A stretch of DNA of 64,000 nt from Heteronotia binoei (lineage: Eukaryota): contig NC_083227.1 in assembly GCF_032191835.1 (NCBI RefSeq), forward strand, positions 105,896,001 to 105,960,000, given 5' to 3'. Numbering within the stretch: position 1 is the first letter of the stretch; each line of letters begins with the position of its first letter. Shown in pieces: positions 1 to 13,269 of this stretch. Below the pieces are notes generated by a model that saw only the letters and a program-made list of their open reading frames with translations, ran no database searches and was not told where the DNA came from. The position numbers and the translations under genes are program-made.

Positions 1-220
1 AACATGTGAGAAAAGCTTTGAACACTGTGCTAAGTATTACTATTATTGTTGTATTATGATCCTCAGATCCCTGGTGCATTATAGATCCCAAAAATAATGT
101 AGAAAGCTTTAATCTTTCTCTACATGCACTGTTTAGCAAAGTAAAGAAGGGAAAGCATAATTCCAAGTGTTTGCAGAACAATAAGCCTTGAGTAAGCTAG
201 CAAAGTACACATGCTTGAAA

Positions 221-894
221 TGGGGTTGCCAATCCCCAGTTGGGAGCAGGGGATCCCCCCATTTGGAGGCCCTCCCCTCACTTCAGGGTCTTCAGAAAGC
301 AGGGGAGGGGAGGGAAATGTCTGCTGAATACTCCATTATTCCCTATGGAGATCAATTCCCATAGGGTATAATGGAGAATTGATCTACAAGTATTTGGGGC
401 TTTGGTGGGGCTGTGTTTTGAGATAGAGACGCCAAATTTTCAGCATAGCATCCGGTACCTCTCCTCAAAACATCCACCAAGTTTCCAAAAGATTGGGCTA
501 GGGGGTCTAATTCTATGAGCCACAAAAGAAGGTGCCCCTATCCTTCATTACTTCCAATGAAGAGGAGGCATTTAAAAAGTGTACGGTCCCTTTAAATATG
601 ATGGCCAGAACTCCCTTTGGAGTTCAGTTATGCTTGTCACCAGAAAAAAAATAGGTGGTAGAGCTCATCCAGGGGTTGTTATGCAGCTGAACCTACTATT
701 CAATGGACAAGGAGGTGGAACTCTCAGAAGGAGGAAATGGAACTCTCAGAAAAGTGCAGAAGCTGCGCTCCTGTGAGCTCCCACTGAATCTGAAGCCTGC
801 TTGTCACACCCTTGTTTTTGGATCCATCACTAATGTTTCCTGGCTCCACCACCAAAGTCCCCAGATATTTCTTGAATTGGACTTGGCAACCCTA
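221..894. mobile_element. hAT-type MITE (TAGGGTTGCCAA TIR family) carrying a nested insertion
   Basis: TIRs TGGGGTTGCCAA...TTGGCAACCCTA; 8-bp TSD GCTTGAAA/GCTAGAAA (7/8). Confidence 0.85.
641..799. mobile_element. Nested hAT-type MITE inside the 221-894 element
   Basis: Perfect 8-bp TSD CTTGTCAC (633-640, 800-807); CAG...CTG ends; interrupts sequence that is contiguous in the other copies. Confidence 0.8.
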
Positions 895-1314
895 GCTAGA
901 AAGTGGCTGTGGCTGTGGAAAACCCAGATAGAATCCAATTCATATTCATCTGGCCTTGTGTGCTTGTCACATAATCATTGGTAGTTGCAGAGCTAAACAC
1001 TGTAAAGAGCGAAGGGCAGACTTACATATATATCCATGGCTCCCCAGTATACCTGAGTGTTTTGGGTGCATGGATCTTCCATTTATACTTTGTGGTGTTT
1101 AGCACAATAAGAACAATGCAAATGTTAATCAGTACTCACTGAGTGACAATGGGCAAGTTAGTATTTCTCATTGTAATCTGTCTCACAGCTTGTTAAAGGA
1201 AGACGGAAATTCACTGTTAAGCAAATTGCCCTAAAAATAGGGTTTTGGGGAATTTAGAGTGGAGGGCAATCTGCCTTTTAGCAAGATCAAAAATCTATGT
1301 ATACAGAAGGTGTC

Positions 1315-1960
1315 TGTTTTGGAAGTTACCCAATAACGAGACTATATAATATAATATCAAAAAGTTTATTATGAAATAAAGACAAACATACAAGAATATA
1401 AAGTCACACAACGCACATACGATCCTAATACAATAAGATAGAAATAGACGGGTAAACACAAGGATTAACAAACAGGGTAATAATTACCTATCGTAGTCTT
1501 CAAGGAAGGCTCCAACGTGACGAAAAAGGAGATGGGGGATGGACCCTCAACTGATCAGGTATTGGGGGCATATCTAATAGTGGGGTATGGTGTACTGTCA
1601 GATGCACACGTGTGGGGAGTTGGGTCAGAGGTTATAAGGACTACCTTGAACCCTTAGAGGGTAGGAGGTGCAGGGGCGGATGACAGGTGGTCAGCTGGTA
1701 CATGACCTCAGAAAAGGGGAGGCTCCAAAGTGACCATAGAGGCTGGACTTGTGCAGTGGGCAGTGGCCAGTCTATTCTGGGTACCTGATTGGATACACAT
1801 ATCCAGCCAATGAGCGGACCTGGCTCTGGTTACCTGATTGGGTTTCCAGGTAACAATGGGCAAGGGGGAGGCTCCAGGGTGACAGTTTGGGCAAGGCATG
1901 GGTGGAAGAATGGGTGGAGGGGATTAAGCAAGCTATCCAAACTTATCTAAAAGTGACAAT
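1315..1960 (-). mobile_element. LTR-like fragment (low confidence)
   Basis: On the minus strand: three CCAAT boxes (two minus, one plus) in an internally duplicated block, a TATA-like site near 1635 and AATAAA near 1365; termini and TSD not resolved. Confidence 0.3.
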
Positions 1961-3926
1961 AGAGGGCCAAATTGGTACCTAAGGTGACACCCAATTTATA
2001 CAAAGAACTCCGGCTCTGAGTGAAGCTGTTCTTCCTCTTAACTTCTCTGCTAGCACCATCTTTTGTCTTGGGTTCCATTGGACAAAAAGCTTAGGCAGTC
2101 TGGCAGGATCCACACCTAAAATAAGCTTGATTGCCTTATGCAAAAGCAACAGCTGTTGAGTACGTGAGCCTCTTGCTTCGCTGTCATGGAGTCTGGCACC
2201 GCAGAAAGATGGTCGCTGATGAAGTTAGCCTACCAACATGGCTTTCATGGTCAAGGCTGGAAACCGCTTGTCCTGACAGCTCCTGGTGGCGCAACTTCTT
2301 CCACTGCAACGGCCGAGATGGTGCACGCACAGAGCAGCTGGAAAACCATCTGTACTTCTGACTAGCACTCTTCCAGAAATATAGAGTGCTGTTGTAACGC
2401 TGAGGCTGTTAGTATTCACATAAGTCTCTTATAAAATGGTAGATAAAACCCATGTTTCACAGCAGATGTATGTGAGTTGAATCTCCAGGCACCCTGGCAA
2501 CCAAACGGGTGATTATGATGTCCCTATATAACTAAAATTAGAGGTCTCTTGCTCACATCACATGTAACCAATAGATAAACCATCCCCATTTCACAGCCCT
2601 TTAAGGAGTATGTGCTTCAGCTATTCTTTCCCTAAGACTTTCTAATAAAGAAGGAACAGAGATTAAGATTACTCTCCCTTCAGCATGTCATAAAATATAA
2701 TGGGAAACGCCTCACTAAGCCGATTTTTATTGCTATCTCCACTAATGCTTTTCTTTTATTCAGTAAGTTTAATGATAAGATTAATACTTTCTATATTTGG
2801 GGACAGGAAACCTCTGTGATTTCAACAATACACCATGTTTAGTTTCAACTCCAACATTATTGTCAGTTTACTTATTACGAAAATAATATTTTGCTTGGCC
2901 ACAGGCAGCTCTGTTTGACATTAAGGCAATCAGTTGTATTCTGTCTCATTTTGTCTACTCTTGAAGCTTAAATATGAAAGGACTGCTAAGCCCTCTGAAT
3001 GAGGCAGGGCCTCTCCTGACTAATTAAGTATACTGCTATAACCAAGGACCTTTGAAGACTATCCGTTGGACAGGGATGTTTAACTTGATCTTGTAAAGCC
3101 AAGCCATATTGTTTGTATAATGGTAGTGATAGTGATAACTAATAAAAAGGCTGTAGTCTCTCATGCTACATCTGAAATCTTTTAATTCCTCAAATGACAT
3201 CAATTAGGATAATAAAGAATTGTATTGTACCACTCAGCTCAGCTAAGACCAGCACATTCCATTGGGGCAAGGTATAGTTTACTACTTAAAGAGGCCCTCC
3301 ACTTGCAGGACATACCTTCTGCAGACTGACTGCACTTTACACAGCTGTGACACATTTTCCCTGGCTGAGGGAAATGGTAAAATACAACTGACAGAGCCCA
3401 ATAAAAGGACTTTGCTGGCACAGAGGCTCAGGATGCTAAAAGTTGTTTCCACTCTTATAACAGGCTGATGACATCAAATGAGATGTTATTTCCAGCATCA
3501 AACTGTTGTAAGCCCCTGGTAGCTAACAGTGGTAATTCCTCTCACTAACTGGAGTTTGACAGTCATCCATGACTGAGATACTTGCATCATTAAAGATATG
3601 TGTCCTAATCCAGTGAGGACAATCTTTGTGTAAAAGCAGACATCTACACAACGATCCCTTTCTGGAACTGGCTAGTGCAGATAGTTGCTCCGTTGCTAGA
3701 TTTAGCGCATGAGGCTGCCTAACTGGATTGAGACCAGGCATGAAAAACCAAAGTTATCAGGCCCTTGAGACTGATGTGTTCAATTACCTTTCACTGTATA
3801 CACTGCACAATTTCACAGCTGTATGGTATGTCATGATCACAAAATGTTCTCCAAATTCCCTGCGCCCCTGACAAAGCCAAATGGGTTTTCTTTTGTCTCA
3901 TGTCATTATATACTACTTGTTACTTT

Positions 3927-4350
3927 ACATAAGAGAAGCCATGTTGGATCAGACCAATGGCCCATCCAGTCCAACACTCTGTGTCACACAGTGGCCAAAA
4001 TTTATATTTATATATATATATCTTGGCTTGACTTCGCGAATGAAGATTTAAGAAAGGTGCAGTAGTCCACGTCTGCTCCGATGGACCTCTGCTCCATATT
4101 TTTATCTAACCCCCTCTTGAAGCTGGCTATGCTTGTAGCTGCTACCACCTCCTGTGGCAGTGAATTCCACATGTTAATCACCCTTTGGGTGAAGAAGTAC
4201 CTCCTTTTATCCGTTCTAACCCGACTGCTCGGTGATTTCATTGAATGCCCACGAGTTCTTGTATTGTGAGAAAGGGAGAAAAGTCCTTTTTTTCTACCTT
4301 CTCCATCCTATGCATAATCTTGTAAACCTCTATCATGTCACCCCGCAGTC
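3927..4350 (-). mobile_element. CR1 LINE 3' fragment, interrupted by a short RTE-like 3' end at about 4001-4080
   Basis: Minus-strand peptide RTDKRRYFFTQRVINMWNSLPQEVVAATSIASFKRGLDK is the CR1 ORF2 C-terminus; CR1 3' UTR follows. Confidence 0.85.
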
Positions 4351-4464
4351 CACATGTTTGTTCACCCCCTCAAAGAAATGTAACAGGTTAGTGAGGCAAG
4401 ATCAACTTTGCCTGGTCTCGCTATAAATAATTTTCCATGATGGATGTCAACAAGATCCTGGCAC

Positions 4465-4753
4465 TGGTAAAGGCCACTACATGTACTCTGGATCTTTGCC
4501 CATCCTGACAACTAAAATCAGGGCTTGTTTTGTAGCAGGAACTCTTTTGCATATTAGGCCATACACCCCTAATGTAGCCAATCCTTCAAGAGTTTACAGG
4601 GCTCTTAGTACAGGGCCTACTGTAAGCTCCAGGAGAACTGGCTACATAAGGGGGTTTGGCCTAATATGCAAAGGAGTTCCTGCTACAAAAAAGCCCTGAT
4701 TTTAGTTGCCAGGATGGGCAGGGATCCAGAGTACATGTATTGGCCTTCACCAC
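4465..4753. repeat. About 290-bp fold-back palindrome containing a CAGGGCT-TIR MITE (4519-4698)
   Basis: Left and right arms are reverse complements over about 140 bp with scattered mismatches. Confidence 0.85.
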
Positions 4754-4983
4754 TACAATCAAGTAAGAACCACATCAACAAACAAATTAGCATCTATTGC
4801 AAATCAGTCAGTAACTCAGGGTATCTTGTGTTTGCTGCTTTAAAAAACCCTCCCTACAGTAAAATGATGTGGCCAATTACCGCCCAAGCTGTAATCTGCC
4901 CTTTCTGGGCAAAAAGCAGAAGCAGACCATCTCCAAGTTTTATTGGATAACTCATCAGCTCTAGAGATGGCTCTGCTACTTTC

Positions 4984-5482
4984 TAGGCTTCCCAATCCCC
5001 AGGTCCCAGAGGGGGATCCCCTGGTTTTACAGGCTTCCCCCCTCCCCCAGCCAGCTGGCCGGCGGGGGAAGCCCCGTGCCCAGAGCCATCATGCACCTCC
5101 ATGAACGATTCCCATAGGGAATGATGGGGAATTGATCCGTGGGTATCGGGGGCTCTGGGGGAGCTGTTTTTTGAGATAGAGGCACCAAATTTTCAGTATA
5201 GCATCTAGTGCCTCTCCCCAAAATACCTCCCAAGTTTCAAAAAGATTGGACCAGGGGGTCCAATTCTATGAGCCCCCAAAGAAGGTGCCCCTATCATTAT
5301 TCATTATTTCCTATGGAAGGAAGGCATTTAAAAGGTGTTCAGTCCCTTGAAATGTGATGGCCAGAACTCCCTTGGAGTTCAATTGTGCTTGTCACAACCT
5401 TGCTCCTGGCTCCACCCCCAAAGTCTCTTGGCTCCACCCCCAAAGTCCCCAGATATTTCTTGAATTGGACTTGGCAACCCTA
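4984..5482. mobile_element. hAT-type MITE (TAGGGTTGCCAA family)
   Basis: TIRs TAGGCTTCCCAA...TTGGCAACCCTA; TSD CTACTTTC/CTAGTTTC (7/8). Confidence 0.88.
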
Positions 5483-5494
5483 CTAGTTTCAGAT

Positions 5495-6190
5495 GATGAC
5501 CTCTGTCTGATCATAGACAAAGGCCATGCCTCTATTGCTCTTGTTGGACTTATCCACAGCATTTAATACAATAGATCATACTATGTTGTTCAGGCACTGG
5601 AAGGCAGAAGTAGGTATCAGGGGATGTGTGCTAAAATGATTGAAATCATTATACACAGATTGGACTCAGATGGTTGCTATTGGAAACTAGTTATCATCAG
5701 TGTGGGAACTGTCTTGTGGAGTTCCACAGGGTGCAATTCTATCTCCCGTGATTTTTAATCTATGTGAAACCCTTAAGACAAATCAATTGTCGCTTTGCAG
5801 TCAGTTGTCTACATGTGGATGACACCCAGTTCTATATATCCTTATCCAAATCTCCTGGTAATGTGGTAAAATTCCTGGCTACTGTGGCAAATTGGTTAAG
5901 AGTGAACAAATTGAAACTAAACACTGAAAAGACAGAGGTAATGCTGGTTGGGGAGGTGGAGACACTGTGCTCCCCACTTTTGATGAAGCTCAGCTGATCC
6001 TTGCTGATTCAGTTAAGAGCCAACAGGTTATACTAGATTCAATGTTATTACTGGAGAAGCAAGCTAATGCACAAAAGTCTTTCTTCCAGTTCATCCTAGC
6101 CCATAAGATGGTCCTTTACCTTAATACATCAGATCCAAACACCTGGAGCCATGCCAAAGTAACTACTCTAATGTACTGTGCATTGGTCTA
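5495..6190 (+). mobile_element. Degraded L2 LINE RT fragment
   Basis: GVPQGAILSP-like and HVDDTQFYIS (YADD box) motifs, LKLNTEKTEVMLVG; frameshifted. Confidence 0.75.
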
Positions 6191-6799
6191 ATTTAGACTC
6201 ATGGCAGATAACACAGAGTTACTCAATAGGATCAACAGGATAGGACATTCAATAAACAATGCAATAGTATTAGGCTGGTAGAACCAACCAGAAATCTAAA
6301 AATAGAACTGAAGCAAAACCTAAGTATGAACACAACCCATTAAATGATGTAAGAATTACATAGTAGGATCTTTCTGACAGCAAGCTATATAAAGTAGTAA
6401 ACAGCATAGTCCTTAATAATGTAAATAAATGAATGTATTAGAAAAATTCTTGCGTTTTGCATACTTATGTACACGTGGAATAAGAAATGGGTCCTGTGAT
6501 GGATTGATAAATTAAATTATTCAGATGGATCCTCTCATGGATTAGTTAATAGTTAAACTGTTATCTGATGAAGTGAACTTTGACTAATGAAACCTGATAC
6601 CCTGAAATAATTGGTTACTCTTTAATTACTCAAATTAGTTAAACAACTTGGAAGTAGAAGTAAATGAGACTGGGGGGAAGTAAGCAGTGAGGTCCCTAAG
6701 GGACTTTCTGTTGACACCAGTGCTGTTTAACTAGTTCATAAGTGATCTGGAATTGGGGGTGAACAGTGAGTTTGCAAAATGACAAGAAATTATTCAGGA

Positions 6800-7080
6800 T
6801 CAAAGACTGTGAGATGATCCAAAAGTATTTATACAAATGGTTTGAATGAACAACATGTCAAATGAAATTCAGTATGAATAAGTGTAAACTCGTGCACATC
6901 GGGGCAAAAACTCCTAACTTTAAATATTCATTAAGAGTTATGAACTACTGGGGATTGATTAGGAAAGGCGATTTACAATCTCAGTGGACAGCTGAATAAA
7001 ATTTTTGACTCAGTACATAGCAGTTAAAAAAGAAAAATCTGAACAAGGTATTATTAGAACAGGGAACAGAAATTATTTGG
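6800..7080 (+). mobile_element. Degraded CR1 LINE RT fragment
   Basis: QMKF..NKCKLVHIGAKTPNFKY-like motif, degenerate. Confidence 0.55.
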
Positions 7081-8765
7081 AAACCAGGACCAGCTGAACT
7101 GCTGAGCCTTTGTCTATCATTTTTTTAGGTACTTTGAAAAGTTCAGAATTGGCCACAGCCCCAAAGGCACAAGTCTTTAATAAGAGCCAAAGGGCTCTTG
7201 GCCTTTAGCTCATTGCTTGTGATTCTGTTTAAACTATGTTAATATGAACTGCTGCATCACAATAGAAAGTGAGGCATCATGACCCATGACTACCTTAATT
7301 GCCAAATCACTAGCAAGATAAGGTATAGCTGTAGAAATCTAGTTCAGACCATTACTACTCATTACCATCTGGTTTTATTTGCCTGATATGGGGGGTTAGG
7401 GGACTTACCAAGAGAAAGGCCCAGACCATGTCACCACTGTCACACAGGAAATGACATCATTGTGACAGCAACTTCCAGGTGATGATCTGGTATTTGCGCA
7501 AAAATTCTATGGTTCAATTGGCTTCTACTATAGAGTTTTTGCCCAAATACTGGAGCAGAGGTGTAGAATTGATTTCTTACAAGGGCTGGATCTGACAAAA
7601 ATGTCATTTTGTCAGGCCATGCCATGTGTGCCATAAAATGTCATGCCAGGTACCATCTTTATAAAGGACAGCAGTTGGTAAGCTCCAAGTTGGTGTGTCC
7701 TCACCATGAGGCTCTATGGGCTAGAGTGAGTGGATGCAAAAGAAAACCCTAATGGGTGGATTGGAAAGTCGGCAGTGCAGCACTGGGCAGATGCCACACT
7801 GCCTGAGGGGGGCAAACCCCTTCCCCAGCCTCCCACCACCATTGCTGTAAATCCAGGCCTCAGGGAAAAACACAAAGCATCTGTGCATTGCAAGCTCCCA
7901 CCTGCCTCCAAGCCACTGTGGAAGAGGACCAGGAAAATGAGTTGAACTAACCCTTCCGCACTTGCATAAGTGGAGGCCAGGCGCCAGGCTGCAATCACAA
8001 TGGAATCTAGGCTGAGCAAAACCCAATAAACCAGAGATGCCTGTGTGGTGGTGGCCACTAGGTGATCCATGGGGGAGCAGTGCTAGAGAATGCTGAGAAT
8101 CTGTGCTATTCCTGTGCAGTAGTAGCAACCACTCCAGGTCAAAGGCTGCCAGATTATTTGATGGGGGGGCACTGCACACACAAGGTTGAGTGTATGGTGG
8201 AGGCCCCATGCAGCCTAGCAACCAGTATAACTCAATATTGCTGGCAATGCTCCCCCTTGAGGCAGCAGCTATAGGCTGTTGGGTGGTCCATGGGGGAGCG
8301 AGGCTGCATGCTCAGCAGCAGGTCTAGGCCCCCAATGTGCAGAAGAAACTGCCAAAGAACACCCCCATGGACCAAAGCACAGCCGCTGCATGTAGGGGTG
8401 TGAATATGGTGGCAGCAGATGCCACCACCAGCAGGCCCTGGCAGAGGATTGTCTGCAAACCACCACTCCCTGTGCAAACACAATCCCTGTGGCCATCTGG
8501 AGCAGCATCTCTGGAGCTGCAGGTCAAATGGAGAACTGTGCAACCTCACCTTGGAACCCAGTGTGAATGCGGCTGAGGCAGCCTTCAGCTTACCAGTGAG
8601 ACTGCTGCTGAAACAAAGGGGTTGTTCTCCTGTGTGGAAGCCATGATCAGGGTGGCTCCACCCACTCATCCCCTTGAGCAGACTAACTTTCACACCAGTT
8701 GCTTGTAAGCCAGAAAAGAGCCCTGGATGGGCCAGTTCCAGCCCATGGGCCACATGTATGACACC

Positions 8766-9250
8766 TAGGGTTGCCAAGTCCAATTCAAGAAATATCTGGG
8801 GACTTCAGGGGCGGAGCCAGGAGACTTTGGGGGCAGAGCCAGGAGCAAGCATTGTGGCATTGTGACAAGCATAATGGTTCTGGTCATCACCTTTAAAGGG
8901 ACAGCACACCATTTCAAATGCCTTCCTTCCATAGGAAATAATGGATAGGGGCACCTTCTTTTGGGGCTCATAGAACTGGACCCCCTGGCCAATTTTTGAA
9001 ACTTGGGGGGTATTTTGGGGAGAGGCACTAGATGCTATAGTGAAAATTTGGTGCCTCTACCCCAAAAACTAGCCCCCCCCCCCCCCCCCGCAGAGCTCCT
9101 GATACCTGCGGATCAATTCCCCATTATTCCCTATGGAAATCATTCACCATAGGGAATAATTGCTCAGTAGACATTCCCCCCCCCCGGCCGCTTTCTGATG
9201 ACGCTAAAATGGGGGGGGGGGGGTTCCAAACCTGGGGATTGGCAACCCTC
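8766..9250. mobile_element. hAT-type MITE (TAGGGTTGCCAA family)
   Basis: TIRs TAGGGTTGCCAA...TTGGCAACCCTC; internal sequence shared with the other copies; TSD not clear. Confidence 0.82.
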
Positions 9251-9334
9251 TCTCACACACACACTTACTGGGTCTGGTTGAGCTGGTTCCTCCAGAACGA
9301 CATCTGAAAAGAACAGGGGCTACACTGCTCCCTT

Positions 9335-9335
9335 C

Positions 9336-9380
<45 letters not shown>

Positions 9381-9393
9381 CCACACACACACC
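9335..9393. repeat. Compound (TC)n(AC)n microsatellite
   Basis: Direct reading. Confidence 0.95.
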
Positions 9394-11074
9394 CAGTTGC
9401 TCTGAAATGAAAGCAAAACAAGCCAAGGGACTGTGTTGCTGACCCTTTCCATGAAATACTTCCTGCTCAACTTTAAAGGCACAGAGACACACACACATTT
9501 TGAAACGGACCTGTTTGCAGGTTTCTAAACCTGCCCAAGATCTAGAGGTGCATGGTGACTGAGGGGCAGGAGGAAGCCTGTAAAACTGGGGGATCCCCCA
9601 CTGGGACCTGGGATTAGGAAGCCTAATGACACCCCTGTACTAAAATGTTGCTTGGAAGTAACTGGTGTGATGACATCATTTCCTGTGTGATGCTGGCATT
9701 GTAACTTAGGCCTTTTTCTTTCTACTGGGAAGTCCCCCACTGCTGGCTAGCTGATCAGTGGCTGGGGGGCAGGGCCTGGTGATGGGGAACACCCACCTCC
9801 GCTGGGGGTGGTCTGGCAGTCCTATGGAGGGAGGAGTTATAATCCATGCAAGGAGGGGAGAATTCTACTGGACTTGCCTTTAAGAGGGAAACTCATTAGC
9901 GAACATTTGCAAATGGCCCACTGCAAACCCTCCCCCAAATTCCACTATCTTTATTGAAGTAGAATACTGATTTTGCTATTGTTATAGCCTGCTTATTGAA
10001 CAGAAAAATTATTTGCTTTGTTATTTTTTGGTCCCTCCCCTTTCAGTTCTCTGATTAAGGAGTCATTCAATGCACTAAACCACTGAGGGGAAAATAATTA
10101 GAATAATAAATGTGAAGCAAGGTATTTCTTCACACACTGAACTATCTGGGTAGAATCAATCAAGTTGCCACTTAAAAACTTGCTCCGTGGTGACTGTAAC
10201 CACATGATAAACCAACAGTGCAATCTTAAATAAACTCCCATCTTTCTAAGTCTATCAAAGTAAATGGGTTTAGAAACATGTAACCAAATTCAGAATTACA
10301 ATGCAAGTTACCCAGTTACAGCCTCATAATAATGGTTGGCTCATCAGGTGGCCAAAGACTGCAGATTACTAGCTCTTCTGATGAGAAATATTAAAGCTGC
10401 AACAACACAGTGTTTGGCCATGCAATTCCATTCTCTGTGATCACAATTCAAATAAAAGTGTAAATCAGGACTCTCTCATCATTTACTATTGTCCTGAAAA
10501 TGCTGCCTTTCTCTCACCCCATGCTTCTGGTGACATCTTCTTGGAGCGCTGTTTATAGCAAAAAGGAAGATTTATTGCAAATCTTGGCTCCTTAGAGCTG
10601 CTCTCTCCTTTGAACACAGCCCCCTGAGGATTACTAAGAGGGCCTCTTCAAGAGGAGGGGAATGCACAGCAATCAAAGTCTGTTCCAAGCTTTTGTATTT
10701 TATAGACTAAGCTAATATGGAGAAATCATGGAGTTAACAATATTGCAGGAGAAGATTTGTCCTAAAATGGAACTCAGTAAGAATTCTGAGGTAACTACAG
10801 ATTCTAATCTAAAGGAGGTTACATTTGTTCTTCTAACACTGACCTAGTCCTGAAGCCTGTAGATGGAGTATACCCTAATTCTCTGAGAGAAACTGTACAT
10901 TGCATAGAAGATCTATTAACATGTTCTTTCAGGTTAAAAAGTAGAAGCTGAAGGTCCCAATCTGGATCTAGGTCGCAGCCAAAGGGCAATTTAATATTTT
11001 CCCCTACGGAATTTTCCTGACAGAAATCCTCTCCTCAGCCTTCCCAAACTGGTATTAGCCCAGTATACAACATT

Positions 11075-11349
11075 AAGAAGAAGAGACTGGATTTATACCC
11101 CACCCTTCACTACTCAAGGGAGTCTCAGAGTGGCTTACTATCTCCTTCCCCTTCCCCATAACAGACACCCCATGAGATAGGTGGAGCTGAGAGATCTCTC
11201 CCAGAATCTGCTCTTGAGAGGAACAGCTCTGTGAGACCTTGTGACTGACTCAAGATCACATCAGCAGGTGCGTGTGGAGAAGTGGGGAATCCAACCCAGT
11301 TCTCACAGATAAGAGTCCACACATTTAACCTTTACACCAAACAGGCTCT
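11075..11349 (-). mobile_element. Squam3-type (CORE/Ther1-derived) SINE
   Basis: tRNA-like head GAGAGCC..TTGGTGTA..GGTTAA on the minus strand, CACCTCACAGGG core and (TTC)n tail; matches copies at 38493 and 40017. Confidence 0.8.
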
Positions 11350-13269
11350 ATCCTTTGTTAGGAAGCCCATAGCAGGCCCTTGATTGATGAACTTGGGAGT
11401 TCAGCTAGGAGCCGCCACCACCCTGTGGCCAGACTTACTGTCTAGCATGAAAAACAAAGCAGCAAGGGCATTTATCTTGTAGCTACTATTATTGCCCTAG
11501 CTCTCCTCTGCCTTCTTTCCTCGATTTGTTCCCCGACCCCAGCAACAACAACTTGAATGGACAGGAACCAACAGCTCCCAAAAAGTAACATGAGAAATTG
11601 TCCTGAGATTTTGGGATCTTTCAGTAACAACAAAGAAGTGCACCAACAAATATGACATTTAGGGGCAGGGCAAAGGTTACACAAGGATATCATATGCCAA
11701 AGAGAAGAAGGGTTTACTTCTAAGAATGTAAAGGAACACAGAATGGTCCAGAAAGACCACCTCCAAACACAGGCCATAATTTTACAGCAATTCCGGCTGA
11801 CAACCTTTGACAATACACAGAAAACAGAGAAGGATCCCCCCCACCTCAAATGCTCATTAAAATACTTTCTCTGGATCCTGACAGAAAAAAATACTAGCTC
11901 TCTTTGCAGCTATTCCAATTATAGCAGGAAGCAAAAGGGAGTGAAGATAAGAATGGGGGTAGAGAATTTTGATTAAAAGACTATACAGTCTTCATGCTTC
12001 AAACCAGGGAGGCAAAGATACTTAATGAGAAGGAGTAAACAACTGGAACTGTAAAAGAAGTTACAAAGCCCCACAAAACTGAAAGGTTGACACTGAAAGA
12101 CCCGATCATCCACAGCCTGAAATGTTGAAGGTTATAGGCTCCTTGCTAACAAGCCAGTACATTTTAAACATTATTTCCTATTATTATAAGAATCTTTCTA
12201 TTTGTTTTGGACACTGCTACTCTGTTAGCTCAGAACTAGCAACATTGGCTGCAGAATTCCAAAAAAAGCAAACCCAGGTGCAGTAGAACAAGGCCTTTCC
12301 CTGCTTATTCCACCTGTTCCCATTGTCCTTATCAGTCTTCTCATGCCCTAGAGAGTCACCTTTAAAGCAGACATGATCTTCAGACATCAGTGTCTCTGCT
12401 CATCCTGTTAGTAGGGGCAAGACTGACCCAAGGGGGAAGGCTGTGCTCGTGACATGTGTCCTCTAGGAATGAGACTGAGACCACCCACTCATTTCATAAA
12501 GCCCCATTGTACAGTGAGCAGCCACAGTTATTCCTGGCATGTGCTGACCTGATGCAGATTTGGAGCTAATGACCTAGAGGCAAAAAGCCTCTGTATTCAA
12601 ATCCAGCTTGTCCTTGCAATGGACTCCTCATGACAGTGATGAGTGGATAATGCTTGTTAGAGTCAGACAAATGCTGAGTGTATGACCACACACAATGCCC
12701 CTCAGTCCTGACCTTCACACCTTGCATTATTCCAGAAGGCCCAGACATACCTCTTTCAGTGCCTCTTGAGCTGCAAAATGTTGCTCTTCCAGCTCTCCGT
12801 TGATTCCCGCATCAACATTTAATATTGATTTTATGGACATTTTGACTTTCTGACCTGAGTTCCCCATAACTAGATTAAGCAACAGAAACCTAGTAAGAAG
12901 AAAATTTAAAAAGCTCTGTGCTATTTATGAAATCTGGATTCTGTTATGCTTCCCTTTTATGTGCTACTGCAGGCATAAAATGTGCTTGACCCCCTTCACA
13001 CAGCAGGGGACCAGGGAGGGCCTTCTGCTGGCTGCCATCACTCTGGTCAGGGTCTGTCTGGGAGACCCCAGAGCACACAACCTCCTGTCTTCTTTATTAG
13101 CAAACTGTCTGTGACCAAAGAGACATGAGGATCCAGATAGTTTGAACAACAACAGTTTATTGTAAGTGCTCAAAACAATAAGTGGTTTGTAAAAACTTTT
13201 TAGTGCAACAGTGAATATAGAAAAACAGTAAAGATTGGTACAAAGAAATAAAAGCCTGATGCAACTAAC

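Noticed and set aside
6561-6600. Functional hammerhead ribozyme
   Set aside because: CUGAUGA is present but stem II and the cleavage triplet are disrupted. The about 24820 copy has G12->A and the about 24975 copy is also broken.
11356-12151. Solo LTR (TGTTAG...CTAACA)
   Set aside because: Terminal inverted hexamer is present but there is no TSD and no second copy in the window.
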